A stretch of DNA of 64,000 nt from Pseudomonadota bacterium. Lineage in GTDB: Bacteria; Pseudomonadota; Alphaproteobacteria; Caulobacterales; Caulobacteraceae. Positions 7,807 to 18,640 of the stretch are shown piece after piece; the stretch's first letter is position 1; each line of letters starts with the position of its first letter. The stretch is taken from the NCBI GenBank assembly GCA_023390245.1, contig JAEWDF010000080.1, forward strand, positions 7,182 to 71,181. The letters are read 5' to 3'. The translations under genes and the position numbers were made by a program. The notes beneath the pieces were generated by a model, which worked only from the letters and a program-made list of their open reading frames with translations, ran no database searches and was not told where the DNA came from.

Positions 7807-8688
7807 ATGAGCACGATCAAGACAGTCGCCATCCTGGGCGCCGGACAGATGGGCGCCGGCATCGCGCAGACGGTGGCGCTGGGCGGCTATTCCGTGCGCC
7901 TGTACGATGTCGCCGCCGACCGCCTGCCGATGGCGCAGGGCGAGATCGCCGCCAGCCTGGGCCGCCAGATGGCCCGCGGCGACCTGGCCCAGGCCGACGC
8001 CGACGCGGCCCTGGCCCGCATCACGCCGGCCGCGACCATCGCCGAGGCCGTCGCCGGCGCCGACCTGGTCGTCGAGGCGGCGCTGGAGGACGAGGCGGTC
8101 AAGAAGGCGGTGTACGCCGAGGCCCTGCCGCACCTGGGCGCCGAGACCCTCCTGGCGACCAACACCTCCTCCATCTCGATCACGCGGCTGGCCTCCTCCA
8201 CCGACCGGCCCGACCGCTTCATCGGCCTGCACTTCATGAAGCCGGCCCAGGTGATGAAGCTGGTCGAGATCATCCGCGGCATCGCCACCTCGGCCGAGAC
8301 CCATTCCGCTGCGGTCGCCTTCGCCGAGAGCCTGGGCAAGACGACCACGGACGCCGAGGATTTTCCCGCCTTCATCGTCAATCGCATCCTGGTGCCGATG
8401 ATGAACGAGGCGATCTTCGCCCTGTACGAAGGGGTCGGCAACGTCGCCTCCATCGACAAGGCGCTGCGGCTAGGCGCCAACCATCCGATGGGGCCGCTGG
8501 AACTGGCCGACTTCATGGGCCTGGACGTGGCCCTGGCCATCATGAACGTGCTGTACGAGGGCCTGGCCGACAGCAAGTACCGGCCCTGCCCGCTGCTGGT
8601 GAAGTATGTCGAGGCCGGCTGGCTGGGCCGCAAGAGCGGGCGCGGCTTCTACGACTATTCGGGCGAAACCCCGGTGCCGACGCGATGA
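7807..8688 (+). CDS. 3-hydroxybutyryl-CoA / 3-hydroxyacyl-CoA dehydrogenase (NAD-binding)
   Basis: The Rossmann motif is VAILGAGQMGAGIA. Also present are IGLHFMKPAQVMKLVEIIRG and MGPLELADFMGLD. Confidence 0.9.
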   Translation: MSTIKTVAILGAGQMGAGIAQTVALGGYSVRLYDVAADRLPMAQGEIAASLGRQMARGDLAQADADAALARITPAATIAEAVAGADLVVEAALEDEAVKKAVYAEALPHLGAETLLATNTSSISITRLASSTDRPDRFIGLHFMKPAQVMKLVEIIRGIATSAETHSAAVAFAESLGKTTTDAEDFPAFIVNRILVPMMNEAIFALYEGVGNVASIDKALRLGANHPMGPLELADFMGLDVALAIMNVLYEGLADSKYRPCPLLVKYVEAGWLGRKSGRGFYDYSGETPVPTR

Positions 8689-9245
8689 GCCGCCGGTTCG
8701 ACGGTTTCGACGACCTGCCCGGGCAGGCGCGCATCGCCCCGCGCCGCGCGCCCCTCTATCCGATCCTCGCCGCCCTGGCCGGGGCCGCCTGGCCGCCGCT
8801 GCTGCTGACCCTGCCGGTCTGGCCGCCCAGTTCCTGGGCGCCGGGGCGCGAGTTGGACTGGCGGCTGACGGTTCTGATCATCGGCCTGATCGCCGTGCCG
8901 CTGGGCCTGTGGCGCATCCACGTCGAGCGCGCGCGGACGGACCGGCCGGGATCGCGTCTGGGCGTGGTGTGGCGCTTCATGCTGTTCGGCGGCCTGCTGG
9001 CGGCGGCGCTGCAGATCCTGCTGGCCCTGGCCATGACGGTGATGGGCTGGATCGAGGCGGGCGACGTCCTCCAGGCCATGGGGGCGACCGAGACCATATT
9101 GCTGATCTTCGGCGTCGGCGGCCTGCCGATCGCCATGGTGGTCGGCGTCAGCTACGCGCTGTGGGCCGGACTTTGCGCCGCCTTCATCGCCTTCGAGGCC
9201 AGGACGCCAGTCAAGGATCGTCTGGGGCTGACGCCGCGGCGCTGA
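8685..9245 (+). CDS. Hypothetical multi-pass membrane protein
   Basis: This is the C-terminal part of track ORF 7737-9245. The ATG at 8685 overlaps the upstream stop (ATGA). There are several hydrophobic segments. The upstream part of that track ORF is an out-of-frame overlap of the dehydrogenase gene. Confidence 0.55.
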   Translation: MSRRFDGFDDLPGQARIAPRRAPLYPILAALAGAAWPPLLLTLPVWPPSSWAPGRELDWRLTVLIIGLIAVPLGLWRIHVERARTDRPGSRLGVVWRFMLFGGLLAAALQILLALAMTVMGWIEAGDVLQAMGATETILLIFGVGGLPIAMVVGVSYALWAGLCAAFIAFEARTPVKDRLGLTPRR

Positions 9246-9276
9246 GGGACGTCCGGCCGCGAAAGGGGGATCGCGG

Positions 9277-10503
9277 ATGACGACTTTCGACACGGGAACC
9301 CCGGCGCCGGTCAGGCCGGGCGACAGGATCGCGACGCTGGACCTGGTCCGGGGTTTGGCGGTGCTGGGCATACTGGCGGTCAACGCCGGCGGGTTCGCCG
9401 TCACCTTCGCCGGCTACAGCGCCGCGGACTTCTGGCCCTTCCCCAACGATGGCCCAAGCGCGATCGGCCGATGGGTGGTGGACGCCTTCTTCCACCAGAA
9501 GTTCATCACCCTGTTCTCGATGCTGTTCGGAGTGTCGCTGTTCCTGGTGGGCGGGGAGCGAACGAACGAGGCGCGGGGCCGGCTGCTGCGGCGCCGGCAG
9601 TTCTGGCTGGCGGTGCTGGCCCTGATCCATGGCCTGGCGATCTGGTGGGGCGACGTGCTGCTGCTCTACGCCTGGTCGGGCCTGTTCATGATGTTCGCCC
9701 GGTCGTGGAAGCCTCGGCGGCTGTTCATCGTCGGCCTGGTGCTGTTCGGCCTGTTCGCGGCGTTGCAGATCGTCGGCGCCGTGGCCCTGGCCTTCGCCCC
9801 ACCCGAACAGCAGGCCCGCGTGGCCGCCCAGATGCATCCGTCGCCCGAGCGCATCGCCCAGGTGCACGAACAGTATCGCCTGGCCGCCGGATCGCTGGCC
9901 GGCGCCTATCGCCAGAACCTGGCCGACTGGGTGTCGATCCAGGCCCCCAGCCTCCTGGCCTTCGTCTTCCCGACCGTCGGCTTGATGATGATCGGCCTGG
10001 GCCTGTTCAAGTCCGGCTTCCTGACCGGCGCGCGCGCCGTCCGGACCTATGCGGTGACCGCAGCCGTCGGCCTGGTCGCCCTGGCGGCGGTCGCCTGGAT
10101 CACCTGGACGCGGGATGTCGCGGGGACGGAATGGGCCCTGGGCCACGGCCTGGAGTTCGCGCTGAACCCCCTGGTCTCCACCGGCTATGCGGCGTTGCTG
10201 ATCCTGGCCTGGAATGCGGGGGCCGGAGGCCTGCTGGCGCCGCTGGCGGCGGCGGGGCGGATGGCGCTGACCAACTATCTGGCCCAGTCGCTGATCATGA
10301 CCACGATCTTCTGGGGCGGGCGCGGCCTGGGCCTGATGGGCCAGGTCGACCGGCCGGCGCTGTGGGGGATCGTCGTCGCCGTCTGGATCGTCGAACTGAT
10401 CTGGTCCAGCCTGTGGCTGAAGGCCTTCGCCATGGGGCCGATGGAGTGGGCGTGGCGCCGCCTGACCTATGGCCGGCCGGTGGCGATCCGCCGGGCGGGC
10501 TGA
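9277..10503 (+). CDS. DUF418/YeiB-like integral membrane protein
   Basis: The start (RIATLDLVRGLAVLGILAVN...MLFGVSLFLV) and the C-terminal GPMEWAWRRLTYG motif are typical of the family. Confidence 0.75.
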   Translation: MTTFDTGTPAPVRPGDRIATLDLVRGLAVLGILAVNAGGFAVTFAGYSAADFWPFPNDGPSAIGRWVVDAFFHQKFITLFSMLFGVSLFLVGGERTNEARGRLLRRRQFWLAVLALIHGLAIWWGDVLLLYAWSGLFMMFARSWKPRRLFIVGLVLFGLFAALQIVGAVALAFAPPEQQARVAAQMHPSPERIAQVHEQYRLAAGSLAGAYRQNLADWVSIQAPSLLAFVFPTVGLMMIGLGLFKSGFLTGARAVRTYAVTAAVGLVALAAVAWITWTRDVAGTEWALGHGLEFALNPLVSTGYAALLILAWNAGAGGLLAPLAAAGRMALTNYLAQSLIMTTIFWGGRGLGLMGQVDRPALWGIVVAVWIVELIWSSLWLKAFAMGPMEWAWRRLTYGRPVAIRRAG

Positions 10504-10556
10504 AAACCCGCCCTCCCCGCCTTTTCCCCCGCGCGCGAACGGACTAACTGGAGGCC

Positions 10557-12440
10557 ATGGCCGCCCCCGACAGTCCCGCCGAAACCTTCAAGCGCGCCCT
10601 GGGCCACGCCGCGCGCGCCCTGGCCGAGCAGCCGGAGCTGGAAGTGGCCTTCGGCGCCGACGGGCCGAAGATGGCCGGCGGCGTCCTGACCCTGCCCCAC
10701 CCGCCACGCGATCCTTTCGGCCCCGAGAGCGCCGCCCTGCGCGGCCAGGCCGACAGGCTGGCCCTGCGCCTGGCCAATCATGACGAAGCGACCGACCGCC
10801 GGATGCGCCCGGCCGACGCCCAGGCGGCCGATGTCTTCGACGCCGCCGAACAGGCGCGGGTGGAGGCGGTGGGCTCCGAGTTCCTGGCCGGGGTGCGCGG
10901 CAACCTGGATGCGGCGCTGCTGACGCGGCTGGAACGGACCGGCGCCCTGCGTGCGGCCGAACCCGAGCGCGTGCCCCTGTCCGAGGCCGTCGGCCTCTTG
11001 GTGCGCGAGCGCCTGACCGGCCGGACGACGCCGGACGGCGCCCGGACCATGCTGGACCTGGTGCGCGCCAATCTGGAGGCGCGGGCCGGCGACAAGCTGG
11101 ATGCGCTGAAGGCGGCGGCGGGCGACCAGGCGGCCTTCGCCCTGAAGCTGCGCGAGGTGCTGCGGGCCCTGGACCTGGACCCCGGCGACGGCGAGGGCGA
11201 CGACGCCTCCGAGGATCCCGGCGAGGAAGAGCCCGATCCCCAGGACCAGAAGGACGACTCCGACGAGGACCAGGAGGAAGAGGAGGACGGCGGCGAAGGC
11301 TCCCAGTCGATGGAGGGGTCCGCCGACGACCAGACCTCGGAGGACGAACGCGAGAGCCGGCCCGACGGCGCCCCCGCCGATCCAGATGGCCAGGCCTCCG
11401 ATGACGCGCCCGAACTGAGCGAGGGCGAGCAGCCCAACCGCCAGCCGAACGCCGACGACGGCCGCTCGGTCGAGACCTACCGCGTCTTCACCACCGCCTT
11501 CGACGAGGTGGTGGACGCCTCCGACCTGTGCGACCCGATGGAGCTGGACCGGCTGCGCGCCCTGCTGGACGCCCAGCTGACGGTGCTGTCCAGCGTCGTC
11601 TCGCGCCTGGCCAACAAGCTCCAGCGGCGGCTGCTGGCCCAGCAGAACCGATCATGGATCTTCGACCTGGAGGAAGGCGTGCTGGACACGGCGCGCCTGA
11701 CCCGGATCATCACCGACCCGACCGCGCCCCTGTCGTTCAAGGCCGAGAGCGAAAGCCCGTTCCGCGACACCGTCGTGACCCTGCTGCTGGACAATTCCGG
11801 CTCCATGCGCGGGCGGCCGATCATGGTCGCGGCGGTGTGCGCCGACATCCTGGCGCGGACGCTGGAACGGTGCGGCGTCAAGGTCGAGATCCTGGGCTTC
11901 ACCACCCGCGCCTGGAAGGGCGGCCAGAGCCGCGAGGCCTGGATCACCGCCGGCAAGCCCGCCAATCCCGGCCGCCTGAACGACCTGCGCCACATCATCT
12001 ACAAGGCTGCCGACGCGCCCTGGCGCCGGGCCAAGAAGAACCTGGGCCTGATGATGCGCGAGGGCCTACTGAAGGAGAACATCGACGGCGAGGCCCTGCT
12101 ATGGGCGCACGACCGGCTGCTGGCCCGCACCGAGCAGCGCCGCATCCTGATGGTCATCTCCGACGGCTCGCCGGTCGATGATTCGACCCAGAGCGCCAAC
12201 GCGGCCCTCTACCTGGACCGCCACCTGCGCGCGGTGATCGCCGACATCGAGGACCGGTCGCCGGTCGAACTGCTGGCCATCGGCATCGGCCACGACGTGA
12301 CCCGCTGGTATCGCAAGGCCCTGACCATCGTGGATGTCGAGCAGCTGGCCGGCGCCATGACCGAGAAGCTGGCCGAACTGTTCGAACAGGAAGCCCAGGC
12401 CGCGCCGCGCGCGGGCCGTCGCCGGAGGCTGGCGGCGTGA
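10557..12440 (+). CDS. cobT: CobT-like cobaltochelatase subunit with a vWA domain
   Basis: There is a central acidic D/E-rich tract. The C-terminal vWA/MIDAS motif is [11 protein letters not shown], followed by [11 protein letters not shown]. Confidence 0.85.
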   Translation: MAAPDSPAETFKRALGHAARALAEQPELEVAFGADGPKMAGGVLTLPHPPRDPFGPESAALRGQADRLALRLANHDEATDRRMRPADAQAADVFDAAEQARVEAVGSEFLAGVRGNLDAALLTRLERTGALRAAEPERVPLSEAVGLLVRERLTGRTTPDGARTMLDLVRANLEARAGDKLDALKAAAGDQAAFALKLREVLRALDLDPGDGEGDDASEDPGEEEPDPQDQKDDSDEDQEEEEDGGEGSQSMEGSADDQTSEDERESRPDGAPADPDGQASDDAPELSEGEQPNRQPNADDGRSVETYRVFTTAFDEVVDASDLCDPMELDRLRALLDAQLTVLSSVVSRLANKLQRRLLAQQNRSWIFDLEEGVLDTARLTRIITDPTAPLSFKAESESPFRDTVVTLLLDNSGSMRGRPIMVAAVCADILARTLERCGVKVEILGFTTRAWKGGQSREAWITAGKPANPGRLNDLRHIIYKAADAPWRRAKKNLGLMMREGLLKENIDGEALLWAHDRLLARTEQRRILMVISDGSPVDDSTQSANAALYLDRHLRAVIADIEDRSPVELLAIGIGHDVTRWYRKALTIVDVEQLAGAMTEKLAELFEQEAQAAPRAGRRRRLAA

Positions 12441-13408
12441 AGCGGATGAAATGGCTATGGGCCTGGGCCGCCCTGACCCTGGCGGCCTGCGCCAGCGCGC
12501 TGGGCCCGCCCCAGCCCGCGCCCAGGCCGGCGGCGGGCTGGACGGCGGCGACCGCCACGCTGAAGAGCGTCGGCCTGGGCCTGCCCGGCGGCGCGGTCCT
12601 GGCCGACGGCGTGCGCTTCGCCGGCGGGATGGAGATCGTCGCGGAGGCGACCTCTCCGCTGCACAGCCTGTCGGACCTGAAGCTGACCGGCGACGGCGGC
12701 CTGATCACGGTCTCGGACGTGGGCGACCTGGTCCGCGCGCGCCTTCGCCTGGACGGGCATGGCCGGCTGGTCGGACTGGACGGCTTCCAGGCCCGCCGCC
12801 TGACCCTGACCGATGGAAGTCCGATCACGGAGAAGGTCGACGGCGACGCCGAAGGGCTGGCGCTGACCGCCTCGGGCGACCTGCTGGTCAGCTTCGAGCG
12901 CGACCACCGCATCTGGAACTACGGCCCGCCGGAGGCCTTGTCGGCCCGGCCCCGGCCGATGCGCATTCCCGACTTCCCCTTCACCGAGAACGACGGGATC
13001 GAGGGGCTTGCCGCCGCGCCCGGCGGCTGGCGCGTCGCGGGGGAATCCGGCGGCGTCTGGGATTGCGCCCCGGCCGACTGCGTCGTCGTCACCCCTCCGC
13101 CCGCCACGCCGATCCCGGACAGCGACTACCGCATCACCGGCATGGACCGCGACCCGGCCGGCGACGGCTGGATCGTCGTCCAGCGCCGCTTCCGCCCGCC
13201 GGTAGACGCCCGAGCCCGCATCCGCCGCCTGGCGCCCGACGGAACGCTGGGACCGGTGCTGGTCGAGTTGAAGCTGCCCGGCACCACCGACAATTTCGAA
13301 GGGATCGCGGCCGAGCGCCGGGGTGGCAAGACCCGCCTCTACATCCTGTCCGACGACAACTTCAATCCGCTGCAGCGCACGCTTCTGCTGGCCTTCGACC
13401 TGGACTGA
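12437..13408 (+). CDS. Phytase-like esterase domain lipoprotein
   Basis: The lipobox signal is WAALTLAAC. The tail [24 protein letters not shown] is typical of the 'esterase-like activity of phytase' family. Confidence 0.7.
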   Translation: MKRMKWLWAWAALTLAACASALGPPQPAPRPAAGWTAATATLKSVGLGLPGGAVLADGVRFAGGMEIVAEATSPLHSLSDLKLTGDGGLITVSDVGDLVRARLRLDGHGRLVGLDGFQARRLTLTDGSPITEKVDGDAEGLALTASGDLLVSFERDHRIWNYGPPEALSARPRPMRIPDFPFTENDGIEGLAAAPGGWRVAGESGGVWDCAPADCVVVTPPPATPIPDSDYRITGMDRDPAGDGWIVVQRRFRPPVDARARIRRLAPDGTLGPVLVELKLPGTTDNFEGIAAERRGGKTRLYILSDDNFNPLQRTLLLAFDLD

Positions 13409-13411
13409 GGC

Positions 13412-14827
13412 TCAGGCCGCCGCTCCCTCGACCCCGGCCGTGTCCGGCCGGATCTCGACCGAGGTCAGCGCCTTGACGAAGGCGTCGCGCCAGACCGACA
13501 CGTCGGTGTCGCGCACCACCTGCATCAGCGCCTCCCACTTCCGGATGCGTTCGGCCAGCGGCATGGTCAGGGCCTTGTTGATGGCGTCCGACAGCTCCTC
13601 GCGGCTGTAGGGATTGACCAGCAGGGCCTCGCCCATCTGCTCGGCCGCGCCGGCGAACCGCGACAGGATCAGCACGCCGGGATCGTGCGGGTCTTGGGCG
13701 GCGACATATTCCTTGGCCACCAGGTTCATGCCGTCGCGCAACGGCGTCACCAGTCCGACCTTGGCCGCGCGATAGATGCCCGCCAGCTGGTCGCGGCGAT
13801 AGGTGCGGTTCAGGTATCGCACCGGCTGCCAGTCCATGTCGGCGAAAGCCCCGTTGACCCGCCCGGCCAGGGCGTCCAGCCGCGCGCGGATGTCCTGATA
13901 GCTGCCCACGTCGTCGCGGGAGATGGGCGTGACCTGCAACAGGAAGACCTCGCCCCGCATCGACGGGTTGTCGTGCAGGAACTGCTCATAGCCCAGCAGC
14001 CGCTCCTCCAGCCCCTTGGAATAGTCCAGCCGGTCCACGCCCACGATCATCGACCGGAACGCCGCCGAAGCCGCCATCCGGTCGTAGGTGCGCGTGCCCA
14101 GCGTGGAATTGCGCGCCGCCAGGAAGCCGTCCACGTCGATGCCGATGGGGAAGACGCCGGTCTGCACGCGCCGGCCGAAGCATTCCAGTCCGCCGTGCCC
14201 GAACAGCTCGCCCTGCTGCTCGGTGACCACATAGTCGACGAACAGGTCGCACCACTCCCGCGTATGGAAGCCCAGCAGGTCGAAGTGGAACATCGACTCC
14301 ACCAGCCGGCGATGGTGCGGCAGGGTGACCAGCAGCTGCCGCGCGGGCCACGGCGTGTGCAGGAAGAAGCCCATGCGGTTCTTCACGCCTTGCCGGCGCA
14401 GGTACATGGCCATCGGGATCATGTGGTAGTCGTGGATCCAGATGACGTCGTCGGGCTGGATCAGCGGCGCCAGCACCTCGGCGAAGCGACGATTCACCCG
14501 CTCGTAGCTCTCGCCATAGGTCCGCTCGTACTGGGCCAGGTCGATGCGGTGGTGGAACAGCGGCCACAGCGTCTTGTTGGCGTAGCCGTTGTAGTATTCG
14601 TCGACGTCCTGGGCCTCCAGGTCGACCAGGCCGACGGTGACGCCGGCCCGATCCTCGATCTTCACCTCGCCGGTCCAGTGCTCGACCGTCTCGCCCGACC
14701 AGCCGAACCACAGGCCGTCGTATTTCCTGAGCGCCGCCGACAGGGCCATGGCCAGCCCCCCGGCCGACCCCGCTGCGGGATCGACGGGCGCGGACACCCG
14801 GTTGGAAACGACGATCAGGCGAGACAT
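13412..14827 (-). CDS. otsA: Trehalose-6-phosphate synthase (GT20)
   Basis: [11 protein letters not shown]..., [43 protein letters not shown]. Confidence 0.95.
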   Translation of the reverse strand: MSRLIVVSNRVSAPVDPAAGSAGGLAMALSAALRKYDGLWFGWSGETVEHWTGEVKIEDRAGVTVGLVDLEAQDVDEYYNGYANKTLWPLFHHRIDLAQYERTYGESYERVNRRFAEVLAPLIQPDDVIWIHDYHMIPMAMYLRRQGVKNRMGFFLHTPWPARQLLVTLPHHRRLVESMFHFDLLGFHTREWCDLFVDYVVTEQQGELFGHGGLECFGRRVQTGVFPIGIDVDGFLAARNSTLGTRTYDRMAASAAFRSMIVGVDRLDYSKGLEERLLGYEQFLHDNPSMRGEVFLLQVTPISRDDVGSYQDIRARLDALAGRVNGAFADMDWQPVRYLNRTYRRDQLAGIYRAAKVGLVTPLRDGMNLVAKEYVAAQDPHDPGVLILSRFAGAAEQMGEALLVNPYSREELSDAINKALTMPLAERIRKWEALMQVVRDTDVSVWRDAFVKALTSVEIRPDTAGVEGAAA

Positions 14828-14869
14828 GACTTCACTTCAAGCGGCGACCCCAGCCCCGGGGTCCGGACA

Positions 14870-16654
14870 TCAACGCACATCGGTCCACGAACGGCTCAAC
14901 AGCACGGCGCAATTGATGATGCCGACCAGGGAGTAGGTCTGCGGATAGTTGCCCCACAGCTCCCCGTCCTCGATCGAGATGTCCTCGCTGAGCAGGCCCG
15001 CGTGCGTGCGCCGGCTCAGCATCTCTTCGAAGATTTCCCGGGCCTCCTCGACCCGGCCGTTCTGGTGCAGGGCCTCGATAAACCAGAAGGTGCAGAAGTT
15101 GAAGGCCGTCTCCGGCTCGCCGAAGTCGTCGGGCTCGACATAGCGGAACAGGTGTCCGCCCTTCTTCAGGTCGCGCTCGATGGCGTCGAAGGTGGCGACC
15201 TGGCGCGGGTCGCGCGCGTCCAGGAAGCCCAGGTCGGTGAGTTGCAGCAGCGAGGCGTCCAGTTCGCGCCCGCCGTAGCTGGCGGCGAAGCGGCCCTCGT
15301 CGGGCAGATAGGCCTCCTTCTCGACGCGCTGGCGGATGATGTCGGCCCGCTCCCGCCAGGTCTCGGCCCGCGCGTGCAGGCCCAGGTGGTCCGCCGCCTT
15401 GGCCAGGCGGTCGCAGGCGGCCCAGCACATGACCGAGGAATAGGTGTGCACCCGCGCGATGGTGCGGAACTCCCACAGGCCGGCGTCGGTCTGGTCGTGC
15501 ATGGCGAAGGCGCGCTCGCCGACCTTCTCCAGCGCGTAGAAGTCGTCGATCGTGCCCGGCCGCAGCAGCCGCTGGTCGTAGAAGGCCTGGACCAGCGGCA
15601 GGACGATCTGGCCGTACACGTCGTGTTGCAGATGCTCGTGCGCCTGGTTGCCGACCCGCACCGGCTTCATGCCGCGATAGCCCTCGACGCTCTCGACGAT
15701 CCGCTCGCCGATGCCCGGCTCCAGTCCCACGCCATAGACGGGCTGCACATGGCCGCCGGCCGCGTCGTCCACCAGGTTGCGCAGATAGCCGAGATAGTTC
15801 TCCAGGATGTCGACCGCGCCCAGCCGGTTCAGCGCCCGCACGGTGTAATAGGCGTCGCGGATCCAGCAGTAGCGATAGTCCCAGTTCCGCCCGCTCTCGG
15901 GGAATTCCGGCACAGAGGTGGTCATGGCCGCAACGATGGCGCCCGTCTCCTCATAGGCGCACAGCTTCAGGGTGATCGCCGCCCGGATCACCGCCTCCTG
16001 CCAATCCAGCGGCAGATACAGCGTCCGCGCCCAGTCCCGCCAATAGGCGATGGTGCGGTCCAGCGCCGCCTGCACCCCCGGCCCGACTTCCTGGTCGTAG
16101 CCCTCGTCCGGACCCAGGAAGAAGGCGTAGGGCCGCTCCAGCCGGAAGGTCCGCTCGTTCAGCACATGCGACACGGGGCAGTCGGTGGTCAGCCGGAACG
16201 TCACGTCGGCGCACCGGTAGCGGACGTGGTTGGAGCCCGAGGTCGTCGGCGCCGGCCGCGCGCCCCAGTCGGTCGAGGGCCGCAGCCGCACGCGGATGCG
16301 CGGCGTCCCCTCCAGCGGGCGCACCATCCGGCCGAAGGCCAGCGGGCGATAGGTGCGCGAATGCTTCGGGTGGCGCGGCGCGAAGTCCAGGATCTCGACC
16401 GCCGCCCCGTCCTCGGCCGTCAGCACCGTGCGCAGCACCGGGGTGTTGCGGACATAGGCCTGGCTGACGTGTCTCAGCCCCTCCAGTTCCACGGCCCAGA
16501 AGCCGTGCTCGGGATCCTCCCCGTTCATCAGGGCGGAGAAGACCGGATCGCCGTCGACGCGCGGGGCGCAGGCCCAGACGAACCGGCCCTGGCGGTCGAT
16601 CAGGGCGCTGATCGCGCAATTGCCGATGGGCCAGAGATCGAGATTGGACTTCAT
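14870..16654 (-). CDS. Glycoside hydrolase family 15 protein (glucoamylase/trehalase-like)
   Basis: WDYRYCWIRDA and the GLLSEDI...GELWGNYPQTYSLVG tail are typical of GH15. I chose the start at the internal Met (MKSNLDLWPIGNC). Confidence 0.85.
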   Translation of the reverse strand: MKSNLDLWPIGNCAISALIDRQGRFVWACAPRVDGDPVFSALMNGEDPEHGFWAVELEGLRHVSQAYVRNTPVLRTVLTAEDGAAVEILDFAPRHPKHSRTYRPLAFGRMVRPLEGTPRIRVRLRPSTDWGARPAPTTSGSNHVRYRCADVTFRLTTDCPVSHVLNERTFRLERPYAFFLGPDEGYDQEVGPGVQAALDRTIAYWRDWARTLYLPLDWQEAVIRAAITLKLCAYEETGAIVAAMTTSVPEFPESGRNWDYRYCWIRDAYYTVRALNRLGAVDILENYLGYLRNLVDDAAGGHVQPVYGVGLEPGIGERIVESVEGYRGMKPVRVGNQAHEHLQHDVYGQIVLPLVQAFYDQRLLRPGTIDDFYALEKVGERAFAMHDQTDAGLWEFRTIARVHTYSSVMCWAACDRLAKAADHLGLHARAETWRERADIIRQRVEKEAYLPDEGRFAASYGGRELDASLLQLTDLGFLDARDPRQVATFDAIERDLKKGGHLFRYVEPDDFGEPETAFNFCTFWFIEALHQNGRVEEAREIFEEMLSRRTHAGLLSEDISIEDGELWGNYPQTYSLVGIINCAVLLSRSWTDVR

Positions 16655-16656
16655 GC

Positions 16657-17421
16657 TCACGCCTCCGCCACCGCTTCCAGCCATGTCAGCACCGCCTCCA
16701 CGTCATCCAGCCGATAGCGGGCCGCCGTTTCACGCTCCGGCCCCACCAGCACGCCATAGCCGCCCAGCCGCGCCGCCGCCTCGAAGCCGGCCTCGTCGGT
16801 CAGGTCGTCGCCCAGCATCACCGGGGTCGCGCCCTTGAACGGCGGCTCGGCCATGAAGGCCTCGACCGCGCTGCCCTTGGTTGCGCCGGGCGTCTTCAGC
16901 TCCAGCACCATATGCCCCGGCTGCAGCGTCAGACCGGTCTCGTCCTCCAGCCGGCGGGCCAGGGCGACGGCGGCTTCCGCCTCGCCCGGCGCCTGGCGAT
17001 AGTGCAGCCCGGCGGACACGCCCTTGTCCTCGACGATCAGGCCCGGGTCACGCGCCGCGAACGCCTGAAAGGCCTGAAGCGCGACCGCCACGCCGGCGGC
17101 CGGCGCGCCGCGCACGATCGAGCCGTCGCGACGCCGGCGCTCCAGCCCGTGCACCCCCGACGCGGACGTCATGGCCCCGTCGGCGATGCGGTCGATCTCC
17201 ATGATGGTGCGGCCGCTGACGATCGCCGCGCGGCCCTGAAGCCGCTGCTGCAGCCGTCGCAGCACCTGGGTGCGCCGCGCGACGGGGCCGACCGCGTCGG
17301 GCGTCGGCGCCAGCGGGGCCAGAACCCCGTCCATGTCCAGGAACAGGGCGACGCCGTCTGCCCGTATGGGCGGCGGCGGCAAGGCGAGGTCGGCTCCGGC
17401 GTGAGACGGCATGAACTCCAA
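16657..17421 (-). CDS. otsB: Trehalose-6-phosphate phosphatase (HAD family)
   Basis: The HAD motif I is LFLDMDGVLAP. A C-terminal GDDLTDE motif is present. The gene sits in an operon with otsA. Confidence 0.9.
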   Translation of the reverse strand: MEFMPSHAGADLALPPPPIRADGVALFLDMDGVLAPLAPTPDAVGPVARRTQVLRRLQQRLQGRAAIVSGRTIMEIDRIADGAMTSASGVHGLERRRRDGSIVRGAPAAGVAVALQAFQAFAARDPGLIVEDKGVSAGLHYRQAPGEAEAAVALARRLEDETGLTLQPGHMVLELKTPGATKGSAVEAFMAEPPFKGATPVMLGDDLTDEAGFEAAARLGGYGVLVGPERETAARYRLDDVEAVLTWLEAVAEA

Positions 17422-17526
17422 CGTTTGCGACGGCGAATCCCCGGCATCCTAACGCGTCAGGACGGCGAAGGTTGACCCCCTGGCGAGAAAGTCGTCTGAA
17501 GAGCGGGTGTTGCGCCGGACCGGGGG

Positions 17527-18579
17527 TTGAGGCAGACCGCCCCCTCGACCAACGGAGCGCCCGCGCCCAAGGGGCCTTTTGACCGCATGACCGACGCCGC
17601 CCATTCCTCTCCTGATGAGATCGCCGTGATGACCGACCGGGCGCGCGAGGTGGTGCGGCTGAACATCGAGGCGCTGGAGGCGCTGGAACGGTCGCTGGAC
17701 GTCTCCATCGCCCGCGCCGCCGACGTGATCATGAGCCGGCCCGGCTATGTCGTCGTCACCGGCATGGGCAAGTCGGGCCATATCGGCGGCAAGATCGCCG
17801 CGACCCTGGCCTCCACCGGCACCCACGCCTTCTTCGTCCACCCCGCCGAGATGAGCCACGGGGACCTGGGCATGCTGCGCGCCGACGTGACGGTGCTGGC
17901 CCTCTCCAATTCGGGCGAGAGCCGCGAACTGCGCGACCCGCTCATCTTCTGCCAGCGGAACGGCATCCCGGTCATCGCCATCACCCAGCGGCCCCACAGC
18001 TTCCTGGGCCGCAACGCCGCTGTCTGCCTGACCATGCCCAAGGTGGCCGAGGCCTGTCCCAACGGCCTGGCGCCGACGACCTCGACCCTGATGACCCTGG
18101 CCCTGGGCGACGCCCTGGCCATGGTGCTGATGGACCGGCGCGGCTTCACCGCCATGGACTTCGGCCTGCATCACCCGGGCGGCGCCCTGGGCATGAGCCT
18201 GCAGACGGTGCGCGAATGGATGGGCGACAACGCCGCCGCCCCCGCCAGCGTGCCCCTCGACGCGGCCTTCGGCGAGGTGGTCTCCACCGTCACCGCCGGC
18301 CGCAAGGGCGCCGCCGCCGTGCTCAACCCCGACAACACCCTGGCCGGCATCATCACCGACGGCGACATCCGCCGCGCCTTCCAGCGCGACATCACCGCCC
18401 TCAGGGCCGCCGACATAATGAGCCCCAACCCCATCACGGTGGAGCCCGACGCCCGCATGAGCGACGTCGTCGACCTGCTGACGGCGAACAAGATCTCGAC
18501 CCTGTTCGTGGTCGAGGACCACAGGCCCATCGCCATCGTCCACATCGCCGAACTGATGCAGGCGGGGTATGTGGCGTGA
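17527..18579 (+). CDS. kpsF: Arabinose-5-phosphate isomerase (SIS domain plus tandem CBS)
   Basis: VVVTGMGKSGHIGGKIAATLASTGT is the SIS domain. The GHPGGALG linker and the CBS pair (GIITDGDIRR, LFVVED) follow. The start codon is uncertain. Confidence 0.9.
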   Translation: MRQTAPSTNGAPAPKGPFDRMTDAAHSSPDEIAVMTDRAREVVRLNIEALEALERSLDVSIARAADVIMSRPGYVVVTGMGKSGHIGGKIAATLASTGTHAFFVHPAEMSHGDLGMLRADVTVLALSNSGESRELRDPLIFCQRNGIPVIAITQRPHSFLGRNAAVCLTMPKVAEACPNGLAPTTSTLMTLALGDALAMVLMDRRGFTAMDFGLHHPGGALGMSLQTVREWMGDNAAAPASVPLDAAFGEVVSTVTAGRKGAAAVLNPDNTLAGIITDGDIRRAFQRDITALRAADIMSPNPITVEPDARMSDVVDLLTANKISTLFVVEDHRPIAIVHIAELMQAGYVA

Positions 18580-18640
18580 TTTCTCAGGCCCGACGATTAG
18601 CGAGCCTTCAATTCCATGACCAACGAATAAGAGGGAATCC

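Noticed and set aside
7737-8684. The N-terminal two-thirds of track ORF 7737-9245 (502 aa)
   Set aside because: This part overlaps the 3-hydroxyacyl-CoA dehydrogenase gene in another frame and is Arg/Pro/Gly-rich. Only the part from the ATG at 8685 onward looks like a real membrane protein.
11190-11420. An Asp/Glu-rich, GA-rich repetitive tract that could be mistaken for a tandem repeat or separate element
   Set aside because: It is in frame within CobT, and an acidic linker is a normal feature of CobT proteins.
13685-16717. A very long (1010 aa) plus-strand ORF
   Set aside because: It runs antisense to otsA and the GH15 gene, both of which have unmistakable family motifs. Its product is Arg/Ala/Gly/Pro-rich low-complexity sequence, typical of spurious open frames in ~68% GC DNA.
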